Part shown: positions 14,143 to 27,647 of the stretch, in pieces | Layout: the number at the start of each line of letters is the position of its first letter | Position numbering within the stretch: the stretch's first letter is position 1 | Assembly (NCBI GenBank): GCA_046563655.1 | Contig: CM102285.1 | Location: 14,942,001-15,006,000 of the forward strand | Reading direction: 5' to 3' | From: Yuukianura sp. NJ FZ-2021 | Taxonomy: Eukaryota | Length of the DNA: 64,000 nt | Translations under genes and position numbers: made by a program | Notes under the pieces: generated by a model | Told to the model about the DNA's origin: nothing | The model's input: only the letters and a program-made list of their open reading frames with translations | Databases searched by the model: none

Positions 14143-16869
14143 TCATTTGAATTGGAAGTTTGATTTCTGTTCGGCGTAGAGTTTGTTCAAGTCTTGTACA
14201 ATTCCACGCAGAAAATTAGTTTCTTCACGCAGTTTGAGCTCGTTATTTTCGGCAACGAAGCACCGGGCACTCAGTTCTTTGATGTAGTTCATTCCGATAC
14301 CATTCTGAAAACACAAATATCAAAATTCAAAAATGAAATTTTGAAAATTTTAAAATTTTGTTTTACTGGGAGTCGTTTAGCGTCTTCCTCAATTTTCTTG
14401 CGTAGAATTCGAATCACAGAATTGGAATCTGCAGTTTGAGTTTGCGCAAAAGTGGATTCCGTTGGTAACCAATCTCGGATTTCTTGGTGCAAGCGATTCA
14501 CGTACTCTTCGTAGCGTTCAATCTTTTCAAAATTTGAAAACAAACTATCAAAATCAACTTTTTAGAACAAAAAATGTCAGTTTCTGAAAATTTTTTATTT
14601 CTTCAAACCTGTGTTGCTTGCAAAGCAATGATTTCTTGAGTTGCCAATTCCTTTTTATGAGATTCAGTTGACTGCTGTTGCCATGACGACGGTGTTGGTG
14701 ACGACGTGTGCTGTTGCCATGACGACGGAGTGGGTGACGACGTGACACTTTGTGGGTACTGGACAACTGGACGTCCTGGAGGAATCTGCTGGACAACTTC
14801 CTGGATCATTGCATTCATTCTCTTCTGGATGTAAATTTCCTGCTTCTCTTCCTCCAGTTTCTCAAATTGCTGGTGGATATAAGCTGCTAAACGACTCAGA
14901 TCAACTGTCTAGAAAATAAAAACCAAAATAATTCTTCCTCAAAAACTGAAAAAACTATTCAAAATTTTGAAAATTGTTGTTTTGAAAATGTTACTTGAGG
15001 TGTTTGGAGATCCACTTGGGACATTTCTTTACTCATGCGTCCAACTTGTTCTGCGACTTCTTCTACTCGTTTCTGGAGATTCAGATTTGATGATTGGATT
15101 TCCTGTACTTGTCGACGCAGAGCCAACTGCGTCGAATCCTCTGCGCAGCCGTTGAAAAATCCACTGTCTCTGCGTTCCTTGATTTTGTCGAGTGGTTCCG
15201 TTGATGCGATGAGTGAAAAGTAGTCTTCCTCCAACTGCTTAAAAGTTTGGTGACTTTGGTAAATCAAAATGTTCTTCTCCAGTAGCTCAGTTCGAGCAAA
15301 CAAATTGGCACTGTCAGTCTTGATTTGAGATACAAGTCGCTCTGCTTCTGAAATCTAAAAACAAAAAGAAACTCAAAAATTTCGAAAAACTTTAAAAGTT
15401 TGAAATTCAAAAACTAAAGATTTAAAAATTTCTACTAAGATTTTGTCCAAAGACGTACCCCCTCTTGAGCACAAATTCGTAACTGAGCATCTCCGCTTCC
15501 TTGACCCAGTGTTTGTGTTGGCCAAGTCTTCCTGTACAAAATTTCAAGGTCACTTGGAGCAGGGTCAAGGTCAAGGTCAATGTGTCCATCTTCAGATTCA
15601 GTCTTTGAGTAATTCAGTCTCTCCTGCAAAAAAAATAAGGCCAATTTCCAAGGAATTTAAAAATTACACTTAAAATTTTATTTTCGTTTTTTAGAAATAA
15701 TTATCACAGCATTTTGTCACCCGGAAGGTGAAAAAATATCAATTAGTTGCTCAATTAAAAGTAATGACGTAAGTGAATTTCTAAAAAACAGAATTTGAAA
15801 TTCTGAATTTCTAAAAAAAATGAACACAACTCTACGATTTTCTAAACAAACTACTTTTGCCACAAAATCGTACGTGTACAACGGCATTGGATCTACGGAG
15901 AGTACTCCGTAAAGTTTAAAAATTTAAGTGAAAATTGCGTGGCTAAAAAGCTAAATTTCTAAGGAATAGGTTAAAGCTGCACCGTCAGTTTCAGTTTCAA
16001 AGGCTAAGATCAAAAGGTCACAGCGCCAACTTGCAAGGCCAAAACGAAAGGCCTCTTAAATTCTAAAAACGTTTCCTAAAATTGTAAAAACGTTTTAAAT
16101 TCTAAAATTTGAAACTTTAGACACGAAAAATCCGTCCAGCGACAGAAGAGTGAGTGGAAGATGGAAGTGGTTGGGCGTTTCCGCGTTTTAGAGCGACGAG
16201 AGCGTCTTGGAGATGGGCTATCGTTACCTTTTGCATTGTAATCTCAGCATCCTTAGATGACATCTCCTTCAGCGCTGCATTTTTAGACGCTTTCAGCGAT
16301 TCCAGCTCCAGTTCCAGCTCACGGATTCTGGACTCCTTCTGCGCAGTCTCACTTTCACTCTGGGCCAACTGACTCTTGAGATCCAGCATGGACGAAAGTA
16401 GAGAGTGCTTGGCAGTACTGTCCATGTTGTTGTTTCGGTTCATCTCGGCAGTAGTACTTCCAGTATTCTTACTTCTCACTTTCAGCATTCCAGTACTTCC
16501 AGTATTCTTTAAAAAAAAGTTACACAAATTAGAAACTCGTTTTTCACAAAATTCAAAATTCGGCTTACATGAAGGACCAAAAAATTGAAAACGAAAAGCA
16601 GCAGCAAAGAAGTCGAAAACAAAACGAAAGCAAAACCATGACAACAGCTAAATAAAAAGCTCACGCATGTGCAAAAAGTGAAAGATTTTTCTAAAAAAGC
16701 AACTTTTTCAAAATATTTTTCAAAAAGCACTTTTTTCTAGAACAAACATTTTTTTTAAAAGTGCAAAGAATGTCACTACCGTCATCAACTGAGTCTGCTG
16801 ATTAGTCAGTCTTCCAGCACCTTCTTGACTAGAAACCCAGCGCCCAATCCCAATTTCCATTTGACTAAG
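14143..16869 (-). CDS. Coiled-coil exon set (module B); alternative C-terminus of the upstream coiled-coil gene, or a separate gene
   Basis: Seven phase-0 GT-AG exons read in frame: LSQMEIG...QLMT | NTGST...SRIRELELELESLK...MQK | ERLNY...QEG | ISEAERL...TPQ | TVDLSRL...ATQ | IERYEEY...RLP | NGIGMNY...FQFK* (stop 14143-14145). Confidence 0.65.
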
Positions 16870-17021
16870 CTAAAATAGAGCAAAGTAATTATAATGACTA
16901 ATTACTTGTAATTAGGTAATTAAGTAATTACGAATTACTTGTAATTGCAAAGAATTCAAAAGCAATAGTATTTACAATTACAGTTTGTATTGGATTTAGA
17001 AATAGGGAATAGGTAAAAGGT

Positions 17022-20000
17022 TTAATATAAACTTTTTCGGTTCGTTTGTCGTTTCCTTTGAGTTGATGTCGTCGTTTTCGTAATGTTTCGGTTCGTATCG
17101 GAAATCGGTTCGGTTCGTTTCGTTTGTGCGACGATTTCACTATGGTGGTGTCGACTGCTAGTAGGCTTGGATTCCTTGCCAAGATTTTTCTTGGTGTCTT
17201 TAATCCAATTCTGGATGACAGACTCATGACTTTGTTCTGGAAGAGATGCAAGTACTTCGTCAATATTCTGAGTCCATCCAGAAATGGAGTCTCCTGGAGC
17301 AGCACTTCCTGGAGGAACGATACGGTTTTTCTTCTTTTCCTGGACAACGACAGGGTGAGACCCCTTGGCTGCAACCATCGATCCAAAAGTTTCGGTAAAA
17401 CTTCCGGAATCTCTGATACTCTTCGGTACTTGAGTCGGTTCGTCACCAGCTCCACTGCTAGATTGGCCTTTACCGTGATTCGGTGCCGGATGTCGGTTCG
17501 TTTCCTGATGTCGGTTGTGATAGTGTCGAGCCGCTCGAACTCGAATTGTACGGGCTTCTGGAAACTCCGACATCAAAGTTCTGGAAGAATCAAGTGCCGC
17601 TCCCAGAAGATCTTCCAACTCCTCATATTCGGAACGATTCGGCTTTGACGACTCGGTACGACCGGACTGTGGTGCATCTTGTCCGGCTCCACCTCGCTCA
17701 ACGATTTTCGGGAACCGGTACTCTTCCGGTATTGAAGCTTTTCGGCCGGACGCAACAGAAGGAGTTGACGTACCGTCAAGTTGCGGTGGAAGTTCCGGTA
17801 ATTTGAAACTTCCGTCGTGTCGGCTCGGTTTCTTGGACAACTTTCCTGAAGATTGGTCACTTGATTGGCCAAGAACAAGTCCGAAACGATCCGAAAAGTA
17901 TTTGACAATCTTCGTAGTCCGAGCACTCGAATTTTCAATTGGTGGCAACTTTTCGGTTCCGGATTTCTGTGGTTCCTAATTTTGGAAAAATGAAAATTTG
18001 GAACTTGAATTTTCTTGAACTAACTTTTTCACAAAAATATATCATCAATGTAACTTTTTAAAAATATTTTTACCTTGACGTTGGGCTTTGGTGGCTTTTG
18101 ACTTTTCTTAGAAACTGAGTCCCCCGGCGGTGGCTTCGTGACGATTTTCTTGGGTGGGTGGGGCGTTGGCGGTCGTGGCGGTGGGACTCCTGGTCGCGGT
18201 GAATTCGTGGAAGACGCGGCGCGAATTTTGGCTGCAAGTGGAATGGCTGTGGGTGGAGGTTTCTTGCTGTAAAAGTGGGCGTTCCACGAAGGTTTGTGTG
18301 CTAATGCTTCAGAAGTTGGTCTGTGCTTGTCACGAGGCGAAGCATTTGTGCTGCTGATCGCTTCTGGCTCAACTTTCTCTTTGGAATGGCGTATGCGTGA
18401 CGCTGATTTGGCAGCATTTTGAAGCAGAGACGAAGAAATGTGATGATGGTGCTCTATCTTGTCAACCTTGGGTCAAGAAGAGGAAGGAAAGGGAGGGAAC
18501 TTTTGAAATGGACAGGTGAAAAATGGTTGCCATGGTTACATGTCCACGGTTGCCATGGTTACACTTACCCGGTCGTAGAGAATGTCCAGTTGTTCCTGGA
18601 GGTTTTTGACCATTTCAGAACTGCTGCCGAAAAGAGTTTCAGCTTCTTTACACTTTTCTTCAAAAATCTTCACTTCTTCATGGATGGAGGCCAGTTTATC
18701 TTGATTCTCCAGCAGAGATCGAACTTTGTCTTTGGTCACTTGCGAATCCTGGGAATAGGAATTACATGAATTACATTGAATTACTTAGTAATTACAAGTA
18801 ATTACAGGTAATTACTCACCACGTAGAGACTTTTGAGAACACCTTTGATTTGGGTGACATCGACAAGCCGTTGGTTCATTTCGGTTTTGAGTGCAGAAGC
18901 TTCGGATTTGGCTGATTCCCGCTCAGTTCGTGCCACATGAAGCTCGTCTTTGAGTTCCCTCATGTCCCACACAAGGTCACTCAGCTCTCGGTCTCTCCCA
19001 TTTTTCTGTAAGTAAACCAAAAAGAAAAAAAATTCAAAATTTTGAAATTTTTGAAAACTCTTTTTTGTTTTTTTGAGAAAAGTTGTTACAGCGCTGACGA
19101 GGAAGCTCTTTGTAAACAGGTCATGTGACTCCTCCAGCCGTTTATGGTAGTCGTGATTCTCGGCTTCAAGAGAAGCAATTTTGGAGTGAAGTTCAGTTCT
19201 CTCTTTTTGTAGATCCAAAATCAACCTGAAAAAAAAGAAGTTGAAAATGAAGATTTTCAAAATTTGAAATATAAAATTTTGTCTTCTTTACTCACTTTTC
19301 TTTTTCCGAATTTGATTTGTCTGCTTCGGACTTTCCTTTTTCCAAATTCGTAAATTTCTGCTCCAGTTCCTGCAACTTTGCTTCAGTTTCCTAGAAAAGT
19401 GGCAAAAATTTAAGATGTTGGAAGATGATGGTTGATATAAAGTTGAAAGTCCTAAAAGTACTATAAGTAAAAGTACTAAACGTAAAAGTACTACTGATAT
19501 AAGTATAAAAGTACTTGGAAGTATTAGTACTTACTCGAACTTGGCGAGCACGGTCTTGAGTAAAGACTGTTTGGACTTCGCTTCCAGGCAGTCCCGGGTA
19601 GAGATCAAATAGATGCTTGTACGTTTTAGTGTTGAGGTTGAGTCCACTGATGTCCCACACTCCCCAGTCACGAATTCTCGTGATCAGTTTGATGAGACTG
19701 GCATGCTCCTCTTCAACTGCTTCCAGCTTCTGTTCCAGTGCATTCTTCTTCTTCAGCAGATCGTCTGCCTCCACATAAAACAGCTAAAAAAGAGAAACAA
19801 CGTAAAGTAAAACTTAATCGATTAATCAATTAATTTATATAAATTGTTGGTAAAAATTGTTTACTTGAAGGTGTCGCTCCGTTTCGTCTCTGTGACTGAC
19901 GAAACTTTGTACTTGCTTCTCATACTCCTGGATCACTGTCATGTGCTCCATCAGCATCTGCGCTGATCGCTGAACTTTTCCTTGTAGCAACTGGATCTTC

Positions 20001-20713
20001 TCCTCTGCCTCTTTTTCCATTTCGTCAATAGTGTCTATCAGCACGCGGTTCTGCTCGTTCAGGTCACGAACCCAGTCGGACATGATGGCATTCTTGACCT
20101 GAGAGAGAAATTGAGAGAAGTCAGAGGAATGCTGTTCTGAAAGGCTGGCAACGGTTAAGTATTTAGTACTTTGACCTACCTCCAGACACGAGTTGTCACT
20201 GTCATGGTCATTAGCTTCAGCACTTGCACTGGACTCTGCTTCTAGTAACTTTTGTTCATATAAAGTATTGAAGTTGTCCAGAAGATCTTGGAGGTACGGT
20301 GTGTTCTTGTTCTCCTTCGGTGTACTTGAAATCACGGGATCCGGAATCGTTTGAGTTACGTTTTTAGTAAAAGAAGAATCGTCGTCTGATCGAGGTTCCT
20401 GAGTGGCAGTTCCACGTCGAGATAAGCCAGGAGACCCAATTGATAAGACTGGTGACATGACTGGAGTGACGAATCTAGATCCACTGACAGACGACTCGCC
20501 GACGTCAGTGTCGTGGTACCCATTGAAGAACTGTCCAGCAGCTCCAGTTTCTGAATAGTTTCCAGAATCATACACTTCTTTGTCACGGTCATGGTCCGGT
20601 GGAGTTAGTAGTTGCTTGGTATGCTGCTCGTCAACATTTTGTGTTAGGTGGTGGTCGTCACCGTGTATTGATGTGACAGGGTCCACTTGGTCCATGATAC
20701 TACATTGGTTCAT
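17022..20713 (-). CDS. Uncharacterised coiled-coil protein with a Pro/Ser-rich basic tail (module A)
   Basis: Long ORFs 19835-20746, 19391-19774, 18802-19260, 18536-18739 and 17022-17948 linked by GT-AG introns. Heptad-rich segments such as DWVRDLNEQNRVLIDTIDEMEKEAEEKIQLLQ. The ATG at 20713 is inferred. Confidence 0.7.
18526..18562 (-). promoter_or_regulatory. Two tandem RFX X-box motifs (GTAACCATGGCAAC) in an intron
   Basis: Identical 14-mers at 18526-18539 and 18549-18562 fit GTNRCC-N(0-3)-RGYAAC on the minus strand. Confidence 0.5.
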
Positions 20714-20807
20714 GTGACTCCTGAAAAAAATCAAGGTCCATTTCAAAAAATCCGAATCTTGAGAATCATCTGATTATTCCAAAACAAAAACACGGAGTGA
20801 CTTTGTG

Positions 20808-20821
20808 GTTACCGTGGTAAC
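20808..20821. promoter_or_regulatory. RFX X-box GTTACCGTGGTAAC in the divergent meckelin/coiled-coil promoter
   Basis: Near-palindromic consensus match about 150 bp upstream of the ATG of a ciliary transition-zone gene. Confidence 0.75.
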
Positions 20822-20969
20822 GAAAATCCAAAACAGAAACGACATCAACAAGAACAACTAAGCCTTTTCAAGTCAGTTGTGTCCAATATCCGTGAAAGTT
20901 GAATGTCAGCATCGAATCCTCAAATCTACTTGGTTGGTGTGGTTGTCGTTACTAAAACGTTGTCCAAAA

Positions 20970-23900
20970 ATGGCAAAGATTAGTTTGACCTTGACCATGT
21001 TTATGTTCCTTATCTGTTTAAATCAAAACTGTAAAAGTGAAAATACATTTTCGTATGTCAAACCTACCAGTTGTCTTGTGAGTAACAACGACACGTTCTC
21101 CGGGGTCAAACTGGGTTGTGTCAAATGTCACTGGGATGTCATCAACGGTTCTTCCTTGACCTCCTCAAGTACGTTACTCTTTCAATTACTAATTAAACGA
21201 AATCGTAACGTTGGAGTTTAGCTTAGACAGAATTTTTCTACGAAGGGAATTAGTCGTGTAAATTACATTTAATTTTTAAAAAACAGCTGTTCGCAATTTG
21301 GACAAAAAATGTTGCGCCAGTATGACGTCACGCACTATTACGCAATGACGTCACATTGTAAAAACATGTAACGCGTGTCTAGTCCATGTTATGAGCACGA
21401 ACTTAAGTTTTACACAAAATGAATTATTTTTATAGCATAATCAATTAGTTTGACATAATAGTTATGAATTTTAAATATTAAATATCAATTTTTTTTTACA
21501 CTTCGAATGATTTATTCAAATCAAACTTTTGAAAATGGGATTGGATTTACTTAAGATAAATAAATTCGATTACTAGAATAAAGAAAATTAAATAAATTAA
21601 ATATCAATTTGTACAACTATTCTGTTGTTCCAGAAACTGGAAAGTGCTCTGCATGTCCCACTGGATACTGGAAGAGTGGAGATACTTGTAAATACTGTTC
21701 AAATGGAACCGTCACGGAAGGTCAAAGGTCATGTCTTCAGTGCTCTGCTTCTTATCCGTTCAACCAAACTACTCAAGCTTGTGACCCTTGTCCTCAAGGT
21801 CACATTCACCGTAAGTCAAAAAAGTCAAAATTGAAGCGGCAACCTCAAAAAAAAATTAATTAAAGTCAGTTCTAGTAGTTCCAGCCGTAGCTGAACATAA
21901 ATTTAGTAGGAAAATCACTCTTTTTAAATAACATAATTCCAAATTCCAAAACGTTAAAAATTTAGTAGGAAAATCACTCTTTTTAAATAATATAATTCCA
22001 AATTCCAAAAAGTTAAAAGTTTAGTAGGAAAATCACTCTTTCTAAATAGCATAATTCCAAATTCCAAAAAGTTAAAAGTTTAGTAGGAAAATCACTCTTT
22101 CTAAATAAAATTTAGTAGGAAAATCACTCTTTCTAAATAGCATAATTCCAAATTCCAAAAAGTTAAAAGTTTAGTAGGAAAATCACTCTTTCTAAATAGC
22201 ATAATTCCAAATTCCAAAAAGTTAAAAGTTTAGTAGGAAAATCACTCTTTCTAAATAGCATAATTCCAAATTCCAAAAAGTTAAAAGTTTAGTAGGAAAA
22301 TCACTGTTTCTAAATAGCATAATTCCAAATTCCAAAAAGTTAAAAGTTTAGTAGGAAAATCACTCTTTCTAAATAGCATAATTCCAAATTCCAAAAAGTT
22401 AAAAGTTTAGTAGGAAAATCACTCTTTCTAAATAACATAATTCCAAATTTCAAAACGTTAAAAGTTTAGTAGGAAAATCACTCTTTCTAAATAACATAAT
22501 TCCAAATTTCAAAACGTTAAAAGTTTAGTAGGAAAATCACTCTTTCTAAATAACATAATTCCAAATTCCAAAAAGTTAAAAGTTTAGTAGGAAAATCACT
22601 CTTTCTAAATAACATAATTCCAAATTCCAAAAAGTTAAAAGTTTAGTAGGAAAATCACTCTTTCTAAATAGCATAATTCCAAATTCCAAAAAGTTAAAAG
22701 TTTAGTAGGAAAATCACTCTTTCTAAATAGCATAATTCCAAATTCCAAAAAGTTAAAAGTTTAGTAGGAAAATCACTCTTTCTAAATAACATAATTCCAA
22801 ATTCCAAAACGTTAAAAATTTAGTAGGAAAATCACTCTTTTTAAATAACATAATTCCAAATTCCAAAACGTTAAAAATTTACTGAGATCTCTGAAACTGA
22901 AACTAAGCTGAAACGAAGGCTGAGAACTGAAAAGGCGTTTTGAAAATTCTTATTGCTAGTTTTTTAATTTTTAGTCGTCCGAAAACCGAACGGTGGATCA
23001 GAAGATGTTCTGGAATGTGTGAAATGTGTTGACGGAATGACCCCGTCGAGGTCATCTGAAACTTGTGAACCATGTCACCCCTCATTTCCAAAGGAATTGA
23101 GTGTCAACGGAAACTGTACTTGTGCAGACACTGTCATCAACGGAATCTGTCTCCCTCCAAATCCTCTTCCCGTGACCTTTGACCCCAAAAATATGTACAA
23201 AATTCGATACGACAATGTTGACCCAGTAGAGTCAAAATTCTTAACCGACAATGTCATTCCTGCATACCATCTTTGTAAGGTCAGTCTTTAAAAAAAAGTC
23301 AAAAAATTCTATTTTAGACTTTACTAAAATTAAAATTAGGTAAAAATTTACTAATTTTAATGAAATTCCAATTTCAGAAAGAGAAAAACGAAACAGCGTG
23401 TCAAATTTTAGCCAACTCTTGCACCCTGCAGTTGTATTTTTCTGGAGAGGACAATTCCTGTAAACTGCTGGAATTCCTGGACAAGAACGAAGGGAGTTCG
23501 GGAGTTCGTTCGGTTCTTCCGAAAGTGATTTACGAAGATCATTACCCGATTCTGCAAATGCCGGAATTCATTCCACAGGAATTCACGGCCAACTTGGACG
23601 AATTCTCTTCGGATTTTAACATTTCCGTGGCACGGTATCTCTTTACTGGAGAATTCCTTGGACTGACTGCACTCCCTGACCTTTTGCCATGTCAAGGTCA
23701 CTTGACCTCCAAAAGAATCAAACAGAAGTTTGGAGTGACCTCACGCAGTCGGTGTAGCATTAAAGTCAATGACTTTATGGAATTCCTGCCATCACAAATG
23801 GAATTCTGGGACGTTTTTCTAAGTTTGGAAAACGAACAGAAACGAACTCTGTACTCCCTCCCAGTCAAAATTATGAATCTCAAGAAAAACTCTGTCAAAA

Positions 23901-26900
23901 TCAACGAGGTAAGATTCAATTTCTGAAATATTTGAACAATTTGAATTTCAAAATTCACTTTCAAAATGTCTGAAATTTTGATGCAGGCTGATGATAAGTT
24001 CCAGTGGCTGCTTGTTCGGAGATTTTTCTTGGCCGATACAATTGGTGGAACGGAGGAGGTCAGCGGGTCAAGTTCAAAGTCAACCAAATCAGCATCAAAA
24101 GTTATTCGCTACATTGAAAAAATTCACGTCGCGTAAGTCCTTTGGCCGTTTTTCACGTCGCGTGAAAAATTTCGTAATTTTGAAGAAAATAAGCCTGCTT
24201 TCTCACATATTAGATCGGAAAAAAAGTTTATGCACCTTTTCGAAAGAAAAAGCGTTTTTTTTATTTTTATATAATAAGGAGTTATTATATAAAATACGTA
24301 TATTTATAAAATTCAAAAAAAATTATAGAGAAAACTATAGAGTGATTCTGATTCCGCGAGTCTGATTGGTTCAAAAACTTTACATTGCGCGAGATAGGGA
24401 ATGAGATTAGGAAAAATACATTGCGGAAAACTTTTGACCTGTGTTTTTTTATACAAGAAAACCAGGGTACTAAATTTTTTAGTTTTATCCGGCGTTCGAC
24501 TTTTTTAACAAAGATTATTTCCTTTTAAAACTTTTTTTTTAATTTTCTTTATCTTTTTGAATATTGGCAGCATCCAGTTGCAGCAACAAGAAAATGCTGG
24601 CCGAATATTCGTTCCAATTGTTACTGTTCAGTACAATCAATTCACTGATGAAAACATTGCAGCCAACAGTCAAATTCAGTTCAGTTATGAAGTGGAGTAC
24701 TTTATGGACATGAGCAGAGCCATGGAGGATATCAAGGTCAGCATTAAACGTTTAACGTTTTTAAAACGTTTTTCATAAAACGTTGTTTGACCAAAAGTTG
24801 ACGTTTTTTGACAAAAGTTAACGTTTTTTGAACCAAGGTTGACGTTTTTTGGATTTTGTTTAGATTTCAGTTGGAGTCATCAGTTCCTTAGCTGTTCTTT
24901 TAGCAGCCATTCAAACATGGACGTGGAACAGACGAAACGGCCGAGCCGAAATCGATCTAGAAACGATTTTGACGCTTTTTCTAACGTCGTGCGGAAACAT
25001 CGCTGATGCGTTCGTTCTGGTTTCTTTCTGTACTGGTCTCTACTGGTGGATTTTCTTCAAGAAGCAAGTGGCAGTACATGTACTGCTGCCGCAACCGAAC
25101 CAGGAACGACTCATCCGAGACTTGCTCATTTCAGCCTTTGCACTCAAGGTATTTTACGAAACAAACAGAATTTGGATTTAGAAGTTTCCGTTTTACTGAA
25201 ATTTTGAATTCAGAATTTCCAGTTTTCTGAAATTTTGCAATTTTTGTGCTAGATTGTCGACGTTCTGAAGATGATTGGACGCCAAGTGACTGTTGACATA
25301 TTTTTCATCGACTGGGAAAAACCGAAAGCCGGAACGACCGTCCAGCATCCGTCGAGTGAAGACAAGTCGACTTCCCGAACACTTCCGGAAACTCCCGACG
25401 ACAAACAAAGTGTCAGCATTTGGCGGTCGTATTTTGTCGCCAACGAGTGGAACGAAATTCAATCTCTCCGGAAAATCAACTTCCCGCTGCAAATTATACT
25501 CGTCCTGCTTTTCTTAGAGGTGAGGAAGCGATTTCAGAAAATTTCAGAAATCTGAAACTTTTCGAATTTTGAAAACTTTGTTTCGAAATTGTAGGTGTTT
25601 GGTTTGAAGTACTGGGGATTACATTGGCCAAACATGACCGTGAATCCAGGCACCGTGGACAGCGACATTCCGAACAGCACCGTGGCACGGTTCACGACTT
25701 CAACAATCGTTTTCCTGTTGCTGGGTTTGATCCAGTGGCTCTGCAACGTCGGAATCTACGAACGATTTGTCTGCAACAAAATCCAAGACTTTGTTGACAT
25801 TTGCACTCTGGCTAATGTCAGTGTCTTCATTTTATCGGCTAAGCAGTATGGATACTACATCCATGGAAGGTAAATCCAGGTCTCTGATTGGTTGTTGGAA
25901 TGGGCCAATCAGCTACTTTGGTTTCTGCACAGGTCTGTCCATGGTTTTGCTGACACGGACATGCGCACAATGGTTGAGCAGTTGAACAGAGAAGAAGAGG
26001 ATTTGTGTGGACGTCGCGGATTGGTTCCGACGTACGATCAGCAAACGTTTATCATCTCCATTCCCAAGGCACTGCGTTTAGTATACGATCAGGTGCTTCA
26101 ACCACTATATGTGGTGAGTACTTCTGATTGGCTGAAATTTCTCTTTTTCTGATTGGTTGCAATTTCTCTGTTTCTTATTGGTTGAAATTCTGGTTCTAAT
26201 GGGTTGAAATTTCCCGGCCTATGATTGGTTACAATTTCTCTGCTTATTATTGGTTGTAATTTCTTTTTTTTTGATTGGCTGAAATCTCCCTGTTTCTGAT
26301 TGGTTCAAATTTTTCTGATTTCTGATTGGTTGAAATTTCTCTGTTTCTTTATTGGTTTAAATTTTGAGTATTTTACCGCAGAGTTCCAAGGGACTGACTT
26401 ACGCAGCATCAAGTGCCACTGGAGGTTCAAAAGGTTCAGCGACAACTGTCGCCGCAACAAAATCGGGCAGTGCGTCGTCGCAGTTGAACGAGAGTGCACA
26501 TGCGTACCACTCCATGAACAGATTCCTGACGTCGTTCTTAGAACATTCGCTGAGTGACATTGACTACGAGGTCAGCGACAAGTCATTCATTGAAACCACT
26601 TTGGACATGGAGTTCCAGGACAACGGAGACACAGCTATTTTCTACAACGGTGAACAGTTTACCTGGAATCTATTTCAAAACATAACTAAAACTTTGAGTC
26701 CAATTTTAAAATTTTTGTTAGACGATGGTAACGCATTTGCTTCAACTTTGTTCTACGGTAACGAACACACTTTGTTCCTCTTTGACCTCTATGTCTTCAA
26801 CTTCGTTGACCTCTTGACCCACAACTTTGTTCTCGCCGGAATTGTCACTTTCTTGTTTGACATTGTAAGTCACTCACTCAAAAGTCAACTTTTTATAATA

Positions 26901-27209
26901 ATTTTACTACAACATTTTCTTTTATAGTTAGGATTTTGAGTTGAACTTGAATTTTGCATCTTGTACATTATATTTTGCATTTAGTCCATTTTGAATTTAG
27001 TACATTTCGTATTAGTACGTTTTAAATTTCGTACATTTTGAACTTAGCACCTTTTGTATTTGGTGCATTTTGTTTTTCTAATTCTAAGTTTGTTTTAAAT
27101 TCTCACTGTATGTTTTTTTATGTTTTAGATGCTGAAGTGCCTAAGAAAATCGTTGGGGAAGAGGAACTTGGCCAGGAAGACTCTGATTGACAGGCGATTT
27201 CTCATCTAA
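20970..27209 (+). CDS. TMEM67: Meckelin (ciliary transition-zone protein), multi-exon
   Basis: Signal peptide and Cys-rich ectodomain; ACQILANSCTLQ, LVRRFFLAD, VDIFFIDWEKPK, VSIWRSYFVANEWNEIQ, FVDICTLANVSVFIL, YGYYIHGRSVHGFADTDM; C-terminus LGKRNLARKTLIDRRFLI*. Confidence 0.96.
21901..22881. repeat. Intronic minisatellite, 59-bp unit, about 17 copies (one truncated)
   Basis: Unit TTTAGTAGGAAAATCACTCTTTCTAAATAGCATAATTCCAAATTCCAAAAAGTTAAAAG, head-to-tail with no spacers, in a meckelin intron. Confidence 0.97.
26120..26360. repeat. Degenerate intronic repeat built on (C)TGATTGGTTGAAATTTCTCT
   Basis: About ten imperfect ATTGG-containing units in a meckelin intron. Confidence 0.7.
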
Positions 27210-27647
27210 GATCAAATTTCATATCCAACGTCCACTAAAAAGAAGACGTAAAAGGAGAAGTTTAATTATTAATCGATTGATAATGATAATCTAAGTCATA
27301 AACTAACTGGAAAGCATAATTTGATTTTACTAGAGTCATCCAAAATGTTAATAGCTCAGTTAAAACTAGGATAACATCCTACGATTAAAACTTGTAACTC
27401 TGACTTCCTCTGCATTTGAATGTTAAGTGTAAAGTTGAGAAGGTGGATTTGGGTTTTAGTGGTGGACTGGACAAGAACTTCCAGGAAAAAGACGCTGACA
27501 CTACTATTCCTCCTTTTGCTCACACTTCAGGTTGACCTCTCACAAGTATCGAGGTCAATTCATAGGAAAAACTCACTTCTCAGTTCAATTCTTTGCACAA
27601 GTTTCAAATTGAAAGTTTCAATCTAAAATTGCAGTTTGCAACTCGCA

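Noticed and set aside
14677..14730. Two X-box-like GTTGCCATGACGAC sequences
   Set aside because: They fall in a coding tandem duplication (TSSPTPSSWQQ x2) and match the consensus imperfectly.
21901..22881. Regular array resembling CRISPR
   Set aside because: Units are contiguous with no unique spacers, there are no cas genes, and it lies in a eukaryotic intron.
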